Source: Phoronis australis
Lineage: Eukaryota > Animalia > Phoronida
Reading direction: 5' to 3'
Length of the DNA stretch: 64,000 bases
NCBI GenBank assembly: GCA_002633005.1
Contig: NMRA01000149.1
Span: 316,192-380,191 of the forward strand
This document shows, one piece after another, positions 23,412 through 36,230 of the stretch (positions are counted from its first letter, which is position 1; each line of letters opens with the position of its first letter). The notes below the pieces were generated by a model. The model made no database searches. It was not told the origin of the DNA and saw only the letters and a program-made list of their open reading frames with translations. The translations under genes and the position numbers were made by a program.

Positions 23412-24930
23412 ACTGGAACATCAGCCATATATTTCAAGAAGACTCTTGTGTGAAAACTTCAGTCAGCGATTGGCAACAAGTAAACAGTCGCCATCACAGT
23501 TCCACAATGCAATTTTCAAACAAAGCGCTCCTAGCGATCAGAAACGACACTATCAAGGGTGCTTCAACGCAGGTCTCTGCAGAGCCGTGACAGAAATTAT
23601 GAATTCAGGTTCTTGTTTGTGCGTTCATTGCTTTGAGTACCGCACAACACCTTGTGTCCAAGAAAAAAAAATTAAAACTCGATGTTTTTCCTCGTCATAA
23701 CATGCAAGTTAATTGATTTTTAATTGACTTTATTGCTACTTATTTGGGAAGCTCGACTTGGTACTGAGTTAACATCATATACTATTTAGTACACACTTGT
23801 TAGATTGGTCACGCTATTTAATGTAAAATATAGCATTAATCACATGTGAAATAACTTGTTTTATTAATACAAAATGTTCAACACTTTTCAAATACAAGGT
23901 AGGCTAATGCAGCAATTAATGATATTCATGGTGACACGTACTCTCCCAGTTATTAATTCACTAATAAACAAAAATTCTTGACCTGTTCCCATCGACTGTA
24001 AATATAAGGGATCATGCGTGAAGTCTCGACGCTTTTTGGCAGGCCTCTCAATGCTGACGCACGATCCCTGAAATAGTTGAGTTTTGTAAGCTATGTTATT
24101 TTTACGCAGACATTGTAAGTTTAGCACAAAGACATAAGTTTCTGAGTGTTCCGTTGGCATTATAAATAAACTGATAATTTCAATGTGTGACAATTATTTC
24201 CTATATTTTATGTGGCTTTAGGGCGCGGAAACTTTTCTGATGCAGCACTGAGCAGCGCCGTGGCGGCGGCGGCAGCAGCAGTCCGCTCGTTGGATGATTT
24301 GTTCAGGAAAATGCAAAACTAATAACAATTTTATCATTTTTAATCTATTGCTGCCTGCAAAGTTAGGTACTTGGAGAGATGCATTCAGAAATAAATTTTG
24401 ATTCAAGTGAATCATAAAAAGAACATTCAAATGTAATACGCAACTAATCATTAAGTGAGTTTCAATTAAAGCATATTCGAAATTCCATAAGGACTTTTAG
24501 CATTTTATTTGGTGAAGATTTCGATTTTTGTACGGAAGTCCCTTAAATATGTAATATCTGATCGGAGCCCCAGTCTTCTTATTGCTTATCGAGGCATTGC
24601 GAAAGGTATGTATGCTATGTGCATGAGATAACCGTGACGTAGGAGGATCAGGTGACATGGTTGCAGAAAGTGCACAGGTTGCTGTCTACGTGGTAAGTCA
24701 TACGTAAACAAAAGCAATACGTGCACGCGAATTCCCAAGACGTTGAGGTTAACCTGTCCTCAGGATACTGTCTACGGTAACCGGCGTCAAGTCGCGTTTG
24801 GACCGATCTACTGCTGCAATCCAAGTTGTCATATTGGTTCCTCGTTCAACGCCAGGAGTGCTTGTTAACGATAATACTATATAAAGCTAGCGTTGTCTAA
24901 TGTTGTTGGCATCTTGCCTAATATACGGCA

Positions 24931-27900
24931 ATGTCTGCTTCGGAGTCGGCGGTTTGGGATGCCATCGTGTTCGGAGCGGGGATAGAAGGTTCTGCTACAG
25001 CATATACTTTGCAGAAATCTGGTATTAAGACACTTTTGTTGGAACAAGTAAGTGAAAAGCAAACCGTGCGATTAAAAAATGTGCACTGGATTTCCTATCA
25101 TACAACTGAGAAGGCAATTTCTCATATTACCTTATACGAACGTAGGCTAGTGTTCCTCACATTGACAAGCGAATTTGTGGTTGCAAAGAAGTCTATCTGA
25201 GGTCCTAATGAGGCTTTTGGTTGTACTGTTGGCGTCATTATGTCATTTAAACACAGACTAAATTCGACGTTTTTTCTGTTTCAGTTCGAAATATCAGGGT
25301 TCACTGAACTCCTTTGATTATTTTAAAATAATCATTTAAAATTGCTATTGGCGCTGTGCCGAGGTGAATATAATCAGAGATGCTGGATTTAAAACCAGAG
25401 TCTGCTTGGTCTTGCACGAGTTTTATTTACGTTCATTCATACAAATAGAGAAAGATAGTGTTATTTGTGTAAGTAATGTGTCTATTACTGCAGTTTTTAC
25501 TACCACACACAAGAGGGAGCTCAAGTGGCCAGTCGCGAATCATTGGAAAAGCGTACGAGCCGGAAATCTACGCGAAACTAGCGCAGGAAGCGTTCAGTAT
25601 GTGGTTTGATTTAGAAAAGGAAGCTGAAACAAAGCTTGTTAACAGGTGTGGACAGTTTGATGGAATTTTACTGAATGTTTTGAAAGTATTTATTTTGAGT
25701 TCAAAGTCATTGCACCCGACAGGTTTCATTATTTATTATTTAAAGCGGCATTAAATTCGCGCTTTCACTCAAAAAGCAAATTTTTTAATTTAGGTCACTT
25801 ACCCTTATCAAATGGTCTTGTTTTTTTCCTTACTCTGTTTAGAATTAACCTCCCTGCGCGGTAGGGACCGACAGTTCGGTATTTTTCAGACCAAGCTCAT
25901 AACATTTCGGGTCACATGGTGACCGGCTGAGCTTGGTCTGAAGACATAACGAAGTGTCAGTTATTTCCAAGCCCATGAGCTACACATCTGTTTTGATTAA
26001 GGAACAATTAGAGACTAATTTAATAATAGAAAGTCGTCTAAATCTAATTTTTTGTCCGAAAACACGCAGGATTTACTTTCGCTTTAATACTTTCAAATAA
26101 AACTTTCTGAGGTGATACATTGTTTACTCAATGGTATGCTTAAAAACAGCAAAACCATCAAACTGCTAAATTAACTCGAGTGCCGTAATTGTGGATAAAA
26201 AATACGTGAAGTCGGTGCAAAAGATTTAAAAGTAATTTCGGTGTTCTTTTCTCGTTGGCAGTAGCATAATTACCTGCCGTAGACAGAGTCATTGATGATG
26301 TTATTTCCCAATTGTACAGGATTGACTGCCTAATAGAATTTGTTGTCATGAGATTTTGACTAAGATTTCTTTCAAGTAGTGATTATTCACCCGTCTTTTT
26401 GCACAGAGATTTGGGAATGCTTAAGATGGAAAAATATCCTTGCCATTCTTTACACACGATGAAGAACTCGTTTGTCAAGTACAACCTTCCGTATAGCTGG
26501 TTATCCTATGAGGATACTTTAAAACAGTTTCCCACCATAGTCTGCGACCCTGACTGCAACGCGCTGTTTGATCCCGAGGCTGGCTCCATCATCGCCGACA
26601 AGGCTGTCAGAACATATCAGGTAACTAGCGACCTTTTTTGCCGACTTCTTCAAGTGCTGGTACTCGCGTTTCTCCCTAATCAACAATTTACGAAGCGAAG
26701 AAAACAACGTAGCGTTATTTTCATTGAACCCTGGTTGCTTAATTGTAATATTTCCTTCTAACTTTGGGGAAAATGTGACTGGTTTGTTTAGTAGCGTAAG
26801 AAGTGAGCCCGTTTTTTTTCAATCACAATAAATATCCCGACTTATAAGTTTTAAGTATAGATAAATCTGGTACCGGCAGCGAGTCTCTTGCACTTTTATG
26901 TCCTCGGGACTAATCAATGACCTGACCTAAAACAGTTTGACCAGTGCCTTCAAAACGTATACAGCTACACCAACGGCATGCAACTTTATGGCCAAAAAGC
27001 TGTAGCCGGTGATATGCCTTGTAAACGTGGATGGCAGACAGAATTTGCAACATTTTGGCGTGAAGGAGGGCAATTGCAGCCATAGCGTATTACCTCAATT
27101 ACGGGATGATGTATTTTGGGGTGATGCGGCGACAGTAGTGAGGGTTGCATAGTAATGTGTCGGGACATGGACTCACTCACACGCTTCCATTGAAACTAAT
27201 ATTCTTAAACGTAATTTTTCTATACTTGCGCTAATCTCTGTATAACTCATTTCTTTTTGGGACACTTAAACATCTTATTTTAGAAAGTACGTGGTGAGTG
27301 GACTGCGAGTTTACCGACCGTTTGATTGTAACTGCACCTTGACATGAACTTGATGAATCTATGTCAGGATATGTAGCATGTAACATGACAAGTGTTCCAT
27401 TTTACAGGATTTGTTCATAAAGCACGGCGGAACATTATTAGATGGACGGCGAGTTGTGGGAGTCGCCCCAGGTGACATCGTGCTGGTTCAAACCAACAGA
27501 GGGAGCTACCGTACCAAACATCTAATAATACTGCCCGGTCCCTGGGCTGGCAAAGCGCTGCGACTACTGGGATTAAATTTACCTATCAAGGTTTCTTTTC
27601 GTGGTGCATACGCACATTTGTCGCTATGGTCATCAGCATGGCCGTGGCCACTATATAGGTTTGTGATGGAGTCGAAGGCATTTCTCCATCGCCATGGGGG
27701 CGAAACTAATATGTAGTGGGCCGCGGACCGACGAATTTGTACAACAACTGTGACTTTCCTACTACACTCCCTAATCACCACAAATTCCGCCCATCACCAG
27801 AACCCAGTCGTAACTCGGCCTGTGGTCACTCTTAAGAGAATACTACTTCTTGACGTGTTGGTCGAAAAAACTGAGGCATTCAGTTTGAACATATGAGTAT

Positions 27901-30900
27901 GCCAGGTACTCCATTATGATTATACTTTATTTGGTGTAAACTGGAGATTACAGATCCTCATGTTAGTAAACTTTAATTATTGCACTTTGTGGTAAAATAG
28001 GCCTCCCGACAACCGGAAGAAATATTCTAGCAACCATTTCCACGTGCGGTGCCACCTCACTTCGCGGCAGACGCGGTACACTGAGATTTCATTGATTAAC
28101 CTGTTCCAACATTCACGTGCAATTCTCCGGACTTCCTGACTACGCTTTTCCCGTTCAGTACCTCTGTTGTTCTCCGATTGTCTTTCGACTAAGTTTCCTG
28201 GAAGGAAATTGTCTTGAGACGAGGTTTTGGGAAGTGTCACTCAACAGTTGTCATACGTCGACGTGAGACTATTCTATCTCCCGGGAGGTAACAACCGAAC
28301 AGTGGGGTGCCAATGTTAGCGATAAACAGTATGGCATTGGCATCAACTCGTCACCTTTCTTTCCTCTCGGTGTGGAAGTGATCTGACTGTTGTTGACTGC
28401 ATCCCGTTCGCTAAAAAGCAAGACTTCGCGAGATTACGTGAGATGTTGCCGTGCATTTTAAATGACAACACGTGACTTTGATTAGGTTTTAGCTAGGTGC
28501 TAGCGTACGTCCTAGCGTCTACTGAACGCACGCCTGGTCTTCTGCTAACGTTCAGAAAAGTTGACGTATCTGAAAGTAAACTGCATCAAACAAAACCGTA
28601 TGTCGTTTTTAAAATGACAATTCATTTAGAATAAAGAAATGTCAGAATTGCAAAGACTTTGACCTATACCTGTACATATCAACGTTGCTGATTAAATTCC
28701 ATCTGTCCCTTAAAATTAAACTATGAACCTTCTGAGATTTTCTCACGTTCATGACCAAAAGCGTAAAATTCCCATTTCCAGGCTATCCGTGTGAATGCAT
28801 GTTACTTTCCTATGAAAGACGAGACCCAGACTCATCCTTGCACTGTGCATTACCTCAAGTGGAGTTCTACCGACATCAAGACCTACTTGTATACTTTACC
28901 CTCTGAATTTCCTGGCTATATAAAGGTAAGTGTGGCTTCACCGGGATCCCACTGGTAGGGTATACCGGGATTTATAGCTGAATGAAAAATGTGATGATAG
29001 ACATTGTTCGGGGAATGCATTGCGTCACCGGGTTATATAGAACCTTATCGACAGTGTGTGCATTTAGTCAAATATCTACCGAACTACAGATTTTAACTCG
29101 ACAAAAGTTTTTTATCTTCTGAAAGCAAAAAGACTGTAGAATTCGATTTTTGACTTATGCCGTTAAGTGGGTATTGTGACCATGTGTTTTTGGTAAAATG
29201 TAGCAAGTAAGGTACTTTGATAGCGAAAAATATCAATAATATGACCAAATTTCAGTTGACATAACCGTTCAAGATGAAATCTCAAAATGCTATAACAGTT
29301 TTCTAAGGTATTATATTTTTTCATAAAACCATAAAATCCTATTTTTGAAAGATCACCAGGCAAAACAAATAGCATTTTAAAACAATTCTTAACGTTGCAT
29401 AAAGCATGGCATTGAAAGTTTCATATTAATCCCATGAGCCATTTCTGAGATATGATGTTCGAAAGTAAGCCAAATTTTGACATTTTCTGAGTCCTACGTA
29501 ACCTTAACTGGGAGGTTCATATTTTAGCAACCAAATTCGCGTGTATCGTCAAAGTAGAATGCTTTAACACTTCTCAGCGTTATAAACTTCACTGATCCTG
29601 AAATCACGACACCACATCTCTCATTCTAATTGAGTACCTAAGCCAATGGGGGAAGCTCATGTTAACCTATCGTATGTGAGTCGATGGAAGAAGGCCTGAA
29701 GGAACATTGTGGGCGAGAATGGTCATTTTCTAAGATCAGCTCAGCGCGGAATCGAACCTACAACCCCACGGTGGCAGTATAACGCTCTAATTGTGGTGCT
29801 TACATCCCACTCGACAGATATAAGGGAATTTTAAGAGTGTTGGAATGGTAAAGTCACCCGCCATGATTTCAGCGAATGTCGGGCAGACGACGGCCATTTG
29901 CAATAAAATCACAAAAACAACCAATTTGTACACAACATTTCACAACTGTAGTGTAATCTAAGCATAAGTAACATTATTCAGTATGTGTATAAATATATTC
30001 AATGTGTCTATAGCTTAATTCATAAATGGTTTAGTTAAACTGCTCACACACGCACACAATAAAAGCCAAAAAACATAATCATTCTTTTTGTCCTGTTCTA
30101 TTACGCAATATTTCTTTGCTGATATCATAGGCAGGAATCCACGATGGCTATGAAGTGGACCCAGATAATCGAGATTCGTTGGAGACTGACGACATCGAAA
30201 GAATCAAAGGCTTAATTTCCAAATATATTCCCAGTGTACGACCAGTACCGGCTTTGGTTGAACCTTGCATGTACACGGTAAGTCACCATTCCCAGTGTAC
30301 GACCAGTACCGGCTTTCGTTGAACCTTGCATGTACACGTAAGTTACCATTCCCTGTGTATGACCAGTAACGGCTTTGGTTGAACCTTGTATGTACACGGT
30401 AAGTCACCGTTAACAAGTTCTATTATACTGGGATGCTGGGCCTATTTCAACGAGGAACTGTAACTTTACGATTATTATCTTGCTCTATAATATAAATAAG
30501 CGTTTTTACTATAAGTAGAATAAATCTGAAGACTTGTTTTTAATCTCAGAAAATAGTCACAACCTTGAGCAGCCACAGGTATAAATCAGACTGGCGACAC
30601 CAAAACGGTTGTGAGTTCTGTAGTGAAACTGGTCCCTGGAGTCATTGTAGGATTAGTAATAAAATTTAGGCGTTCCCTCAGGGGGTGTTCAAAAGTTGTT
30701 GCAACCAGGGAGCAGGGCAAATCCTTAAGCCACAGAACTGCAGCTTAGGGTCTCGCACGCAACAGGGGCCCCCACTTGGCGTCACAGGGTCTCCCCAAAA
30801 GTCGTGGTGCCTGGGTGGAGGGGTTGAGGGAGGGAGCAGGTGAGAAAATTGTGACAACCAGGGATGAAATTTGGCCCCGACTCGTCGCCACAGAGGTTCC

Positions 30901-32027
30901 TCGAAAATGACATAACTAGGGCTCCCAAACTTTTTATAGTTTGGGATCCCCGAGACACATTAATCTGGGGTTTGTATCCTCATAGTCAAATGTTTCCAAT
31001 TGCCATGTTCTACAAATATAAGNGGGCCTATTTCAACGAGAAACTGTAACTTTACGATTTTTATCTTGCACTATAATATAAATAAGCGTTTTTACTATAA
31101 GTAGAATAAATCTGAAGACTTGTTTTTAATCTCAGAAAATAGTCACAACCTTGAGCTGCCACAGGTATAAATCAGACTGGCGACACCAAAACGGTCGTGA
31201 GTCCTGTAGTGAAACTGGTCCCTGGAGTCATTGTAGGATTAGTAATAAAATTTAGGCGTTCCCTCAGGGGGTGTTCAAAAGTTGTTGCAACCAGGTAGCA
31301 GGGCAAATCCTTAAGCCACAGAACTGCAGCTTAGGGTCTCGCACGCAACAGGGGCCCCCACTTGGCGTCACAGGGTCTCCCCAAAAGTCGTGGTGCCTGG
31401 GTGGAGGGGTTGAGGGAGGGAGCAGGTGAGAAAATTGTGACAACCAGGGATGAAATTTGGCCCCGACTCGTCGCCACAGAGGTTCCTCGAAAATGACATA
31501 ACTAGGGCTCCCAAACTTTTTATAGTTTGGGATCCCCGAGACACATTAATCTGGGGTTTGTATCCTCATAGTCAAATGTTTCCAATTGCCATGTTCTACA
31601 AATATAAGTACAGTTATTTTGTTGTATTTTTATATTCCTGGATGGTGTAATAGTGTATACCATTGTTTTCAGTCCACACCTGACGAAGACTTAATTCTCG
31701 ACCGACACCCATCCTTTCACAACTTAATTATTGCAGCGGGGTTCGCAGGTAATTCTTGTTGCTTATATCTACACATTGGACGTAACCTTCTGCAGAAGAA
31801 TACGCCTTTTCGAACTACATCAAAAATATAATGCTTACTAACTTCTTAACCATGTCTGTAAATTTGGAACAAAATTTCAATTTATCTTTTATCTTCTAGG
31901 TCGTGGTTTCAAGGTGGCTCCAGTTATTGGTAAAATTATGCTTGAAATGCTTCGAAACGACCAACCGTCTTATGACTTGAGTCGTTTTTCCATAAAGAGG
32001 TTTAATTTAAAATCGTCAGCTCTATAA
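24931..32027 (+). CDS. PIPOX: Peroxisomal sarcosine oxidase / L-pipecolate oxidase-like flavoprotein; 8 exons, 386 aa
   Basis: Exons 24931-25047, 25494-25645, 26407-26620, 27408-27590, 28782-28925, 30131-30277, 31673-31748, 31900-32027. All are GT-AG and in frame (1161 nt). Motifs [48 protein letters not shown] (flavinylated Cys motif), [14 protein letters not shown]. Confidence 0.93.
25870..25960. mobile_element. Small palindromic MITE-like element in PIPOX intron 2
   Basis: TTCAGACCAAGCTCA ... GGTCACATGGTGACC ... TGAGCTTGGTCTGAA, with flanking arms GACAGTTCG/CGAAGTGTC. Confidence 0.6.
28400..28540 (-). mobile_element. MITE family A copy in PIPOX intron 4
   Basis: The reverse complement matches 60520-60670 (GCTAAAAAGCAAGACTTCGCGAGA...CACGTGACTTTGA...CCTAGCGTCTACTGAACGCACGCC). 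Confidence 0.8.
29580..29800 (-). mobile_element. Probable tRNA-derived SINE relic
   Basis: The minus strand has TTAGAGCG (degenerate A-box) then GGTTCGATTCC (B-box), followed by a ~170-bp body. Confidence 0.45.
30227..30408 (+). repeat. 60-61-bp tandem repeat x3 made of the PIPOX exon-6 end ([17 protein letters not shown]) plus splice donor
   Basis: Units 30227-30287, 30288-30347 and 30348-30408, each ending ATGTACAC(G)GTAAGTyACC. Confidence 0.97.
30438..31608. other. 585-bp near-identical direct duplication across a single N (probable contig-overlap/haplotype artefact)
   Basis: 30438-31022 and 31024-31608 differ by a few substitutions and abut N31023 exactly. Confidence 0.85.
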
Positions 32028-32379
32028 GACACAGTAGAAGGTCAGGATGCTATTTTAATATTTACTTATTACAGGAGAAGGCTACCTTTTTCATGCCATT
32101 TTTAGTAAAAAATATGATTTGTTGATTATCCAAGACATATGCTTCAGTTAATTACGGCTTCCGTAATTTTATTGATTAGTCGTGCCCTGCTCCGGAAGTG
32201 ACGTACTTGGGGGGTTACGAATTTCCCGTCATTTTGTTTCTGCGTACGAGTTTACTGTGAGGATCTATTCCACTGTTGTTTTCGTGCTGGTTTCCAGGCT
32301 AAAACTGTCATCATCACTTCTCATTGAGTATTCAATGACAAGTTAGGTTGTTAGAAAAACTCAATTACGTTGGATTTAG

Positions 32380-33375
32380 GGATCGTTTAGTTTGTAACAG
32401 CCTGAAAATGACTGGAACTAGTCGTCGACCCGGCATATCACAGACCCAATGACGGAGACATTCTTCATAGTAGTGGTGATGAGGTATTTTTTCGCGAATA
32501 GTCAGTGGCTGGATATATGTTTGAGCCCTAGTAGGTGAGGCAGAATACGCACAGACAGCTATGAGAGAGATGAGGCAGAGACTGAGGACGGACATGGTGG
32601 GACATCCTGGTGCATATGCACGGTATGAACTGTTATGCCAAACTCAATGGAATGCCTTTGCTGTTCCCACTGGATGGTGACCTGAGCACCCAAACTGCTT
32701 GATCACTAATCCCGCCGCGTCAGTGACTCCCTCGTCACACACTTCGCACCTTCCAAATACCTCCAATACTTTAGTCAAGTCCACAAATAAAGTTATCAAC
32801 GCTTTTGTCACCCGCCTGTTTATACGACGAACTGTCCTCCTCACTGAGTGTCGAACTGGGCCTGTCATTCATTCCTACTACTCAACATCGCTGCAGGGCT
32901 ACTACAGGCTCTGGGCTCGAGACAACACTAGCACAAGGCGAATCACTGCTAGTTCCCGGAATTGCACGCTCTGGGGTACGTTTGGAGGCACGGGTAACTG
33001 TATATGAAGGGCCTCCAGTCACAACTCGCGAGGCTTCTAGCTTCAAAAATGCTCTTCTCGGTGGTGGCGACGGTGCACTGCCGGGAATCGACAACGACAG
33101 TATGGCACTCTTTTTCACGCGTTCTTTTGCACGAACCATAATGAAATCTCAGCATACATTTCTCTTTCGTAATTCGACGGCAGAAAATGCTTGCCTCACA
33201 CTCGGTAATTCTCCACTGCTTTGTACGTTTCGTGGACGGGTAACGCTGCGTTCTTCACACGAACGAGCCAAGTATGTCGGAGTGTGCCATCTTTCGGAAA
33301 GCGAAGTAATGGCATACCCAAAGTGCGCGTGAGACCATAATGAGTACACCCCAGTACGCACCAACCGTACGGCAT
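32380..33375 (-). pseudogene. Decayed THAP-domain DNA transposase, Kolobok-like
   Basis: MPYGWCVLGC...RFPKDGTLRHTW...ENYRV*GKHF is the THAP C2CH signature with the third Cys mutated to a stop. Downstream frameshifted pieces (VDLTKVLEVFGRCEVC...FGCSGHH, YIQPLTI, CDMPG) resemble Kolobok-type transposase motifs. Confidence 0.65.
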
Positions 33376-34282
33376 GTTGACTGACAAATGCGAACCGGGG
33401 TAAAACAATGACTGTCTCGACAGCTCACGCAGTCAGAATAAATGGAAATAAAATGGCGGGAAATTCTTAACCCTCTAAACGTCACTCCCGGAATAAGGCA
33501 TGACTAATTAACAAAATTACGGGAAGCCATTATTAACTGAAGAATATGTCTGGGATAATCAACGAACCGTATTTTTGCTAAAATGACATGAAAAAGGTTG
33601 CCTTCTCCTTTAAGAACTCTCCATACTTATCGAGTTGTCTGCCATGCAGGCCTATAGCATCTGTCTTCAACAGCTCATCGCTGCGACAATGAAGCAGTCG
33701 CTGCCACTCGACTGTCCACACTTACCGATTTGGCTGCGTTTGGGCACCTCATTGCCATTGGTCAAGTTGCAGCATATAGTATTTTGCCAAGTGGGGACTC
33801 ACTTACGGCGAGAGAAAGAAATTGCGCGATGAGCCTGCAACTGCGACGGAGCGACGAGTCATGCCTGGAGAGACGGTTGAGTTGCAAACAAATCGCTACG
33901 TGTGGACAGACATTTTGAACAAGAAATTAGTCGTCATGAAGTTTCCACTTACTGTGCGTGATTACTGCTCAAAAATTATTTTACACAAACGTTAAGTGCG
34001 CCTTGTGGAAAGCTGGTCGCGAACTTTGTGCATAACGAATGTCTTGGTATGATGAAAGTATATAGCACACGAATTATGACTTTAGCAGTCATTGGAAAGA
34101 TTAAATTGAGCGTCGACCAGGATTGACATTGATATGATTAGGTTGAACTGCCTTTAATGTGATTTTTTGTGAAATAGCTTTGTGTTTACGGTAGATGAAT
34201 ACATTGGTTATGACAACTTGGTGTTGTTTTCTGAGTGTCTTTGTGTACTAGGGTGCCAAGCGGGGTGTCAACAACATTTTTA

Positions 34283-34322
34283 AAAGTTGCAGTCTCTTTT
34301 TAAAAAATGAGACTGCAACTTT
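34283..34322. repeat. Near-perfect 40-bp palindrome
   Basis: AAAGTTGCAGTCTC-TTTTTAAAAAAT-GAGACTGCAACTTT. Confidence 0.85.
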
Positions 34323-36135
34323 CGGAGGCCCTGTGATCCTCAAAGCCAATGTCGTGATCATACATTGACGCGCAATTTCGCCCGAAAACTTTGCACCTGA
34401 AACAATTAACGCCACTAACGGGTTCGAAATTGCGTGTGGGGTCCACCCCTCCTCCCAAATCCGCCCCGCATAATATGCTAGTCGTTGCTGCTTGGTGGAT
34501 CTAACGAAACTTCAGTTAGAATATATATGTGCGACACTTGGAGAATTTTATCTGCAACCTAACAAAAGAATTTTAGAACGAACTGAAACGATTGCAACTC
34601 AACATTGAAAGGTGGAAAATTCAAGCTGTGTTTTGCCTTGTTTTGTTGGCTAAAAGACAAGAATTAAATTAGGCCATGTTTTGCTTAATGTGATAGAATT
34701 CTATTTCCGTTATCAATTCAAGTCACCGGCAATGCGTACACTTGCCATTTGGGAATTCGCAGTTTTAGGTTTGCCCAACCCTAACAAGTACTGTCGCGTT
34801 TCCTCGAGTCGCTGATGGTTTCTATCTTCCTATTGGTAACAGAAATAGAGTCCTATCGCGGTGAAGGAATTCATGAAACCAATTTTATGGCAGAATTAGA
34901 ATTCACGTATTTTTAACCAAGCCTTATGGTTTAATAGCGACGATGGGACGGGAAAAGGAATTGTTGTCACAGAGAGATGATTTTTAAGGATTTTTTTTCT
35001 GCATGAGGTAATATGTTGGACAATAGATTTACTGTGGAAGTTTTAACCATCAAAAAAACATCACTGAATAGAACAGTTTGATTTCAATGTGGTCTGAGTA
35101 GTGTAGTTATGCGAATAAGTTTGGTGAAATTGAGAAGTGGAGGAAGAGGGCGACAGATTTGTACACAATGAATCGTTGTTCGGAAATCTTCGCCAAAATT
35201 GGAGAATTTGATTTCGAAATTACAAAATCGATCGCCGAATAGCAAGTTATTTACTGAATGCTTTTGACTTTAGCTCAGTTAGTGATGTACTTTTTTAAAA
35301 GTCTTTAAAAAGATGAGCGTAAGATGAGCCAACTGACTTTTAGATATGTTAAATACATGTACTTTTGGGCAACATATTTCTTTCGTTTTATTCCATACAA
35401 CCACTCACTAATTACTACACATTTGATGCCCCCCATATCATGTGCCCCCATTGGATACCTCTCTCATTTTCTTGACCTATCACAGTCGACTGGTGTATTG
35501 ACATCATCTTTGTGACCAGCACATTAGCGCACTAACCACCGCTTGAACAGCTGATCGACTGCAGGGACAGTAAAAAATTAAGTAGATTTCTCGAGGAACG
35601 TCACCAAATAGAAACCTAGCTGACGTTAGGCCTCAAGGTCGATTGTCAACACGATTTCTAACCAAAACACTCGTGCCAGGTAAAGCACCCTTCGAACCCA
35701 ACACACTGAACTGCGGCGTAGATTTCTGATAGGGCGATATCGATTCACTCACGGCGAACCAAGTTTCGAAGTATTTGCACCCATGTAAAACGCCACGTAA
35801 CAGCAACGTTTCATACTAAATCCGACAACGGTAAGCTAACCGAACTCCGTTGTGGAAAAACATATTTATTTTTCAAGTAAGATGTCCTGATTATCCACTA
35901 ACAATATCCCCGACAATAAATCCCTGCGGCACTGTTCGGTACCATTGTGTGCGCTCAAGGTCCCTGTATACGATCGGGACTCAGAAATGTCGTCAATTAA
36001 CGGTGTGTGTGTGAATGTACGTCTCGTTTTTATCGTAAAAAACAAACGCGAAGATGACAACCCTTGGCTAGTACTTGCCAAACGACAGTCATAACTTGTC
36101 TTGCAGCAGAGTAATCATAAGTCGGCAAGAAATTC

Positions 36136-36230
36136 TCCTCTGCACACCTCTGCAACCTCTGCACGCACACCTTTGCAACCTCCGTACGCACACCTCTGCG
36201 CACTTCTGTGCACCTCTGCACACCTCTGTT
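36136..36230. repeat. Degenerate short-period (9-11 bp) tandem repeat
   Basis: Reiterated (CA)CACCTCTG(CA) units. Confidence 0.75.

Noticed and set aside
30438-31608. Apparent 585-bp tandem duplication with duplicated [13 protein letters not shown]...
   Set aside because: The copies meet exactly at a single N, typical of unmerged overlapping contigs/haplotypes. The ORF is intronic with no recognisable motif.
32805-33332. 175-aa plus-strand ORF
   Set aside because: Antisense shadow of the THAP/transposase relic; no recognisable domain.
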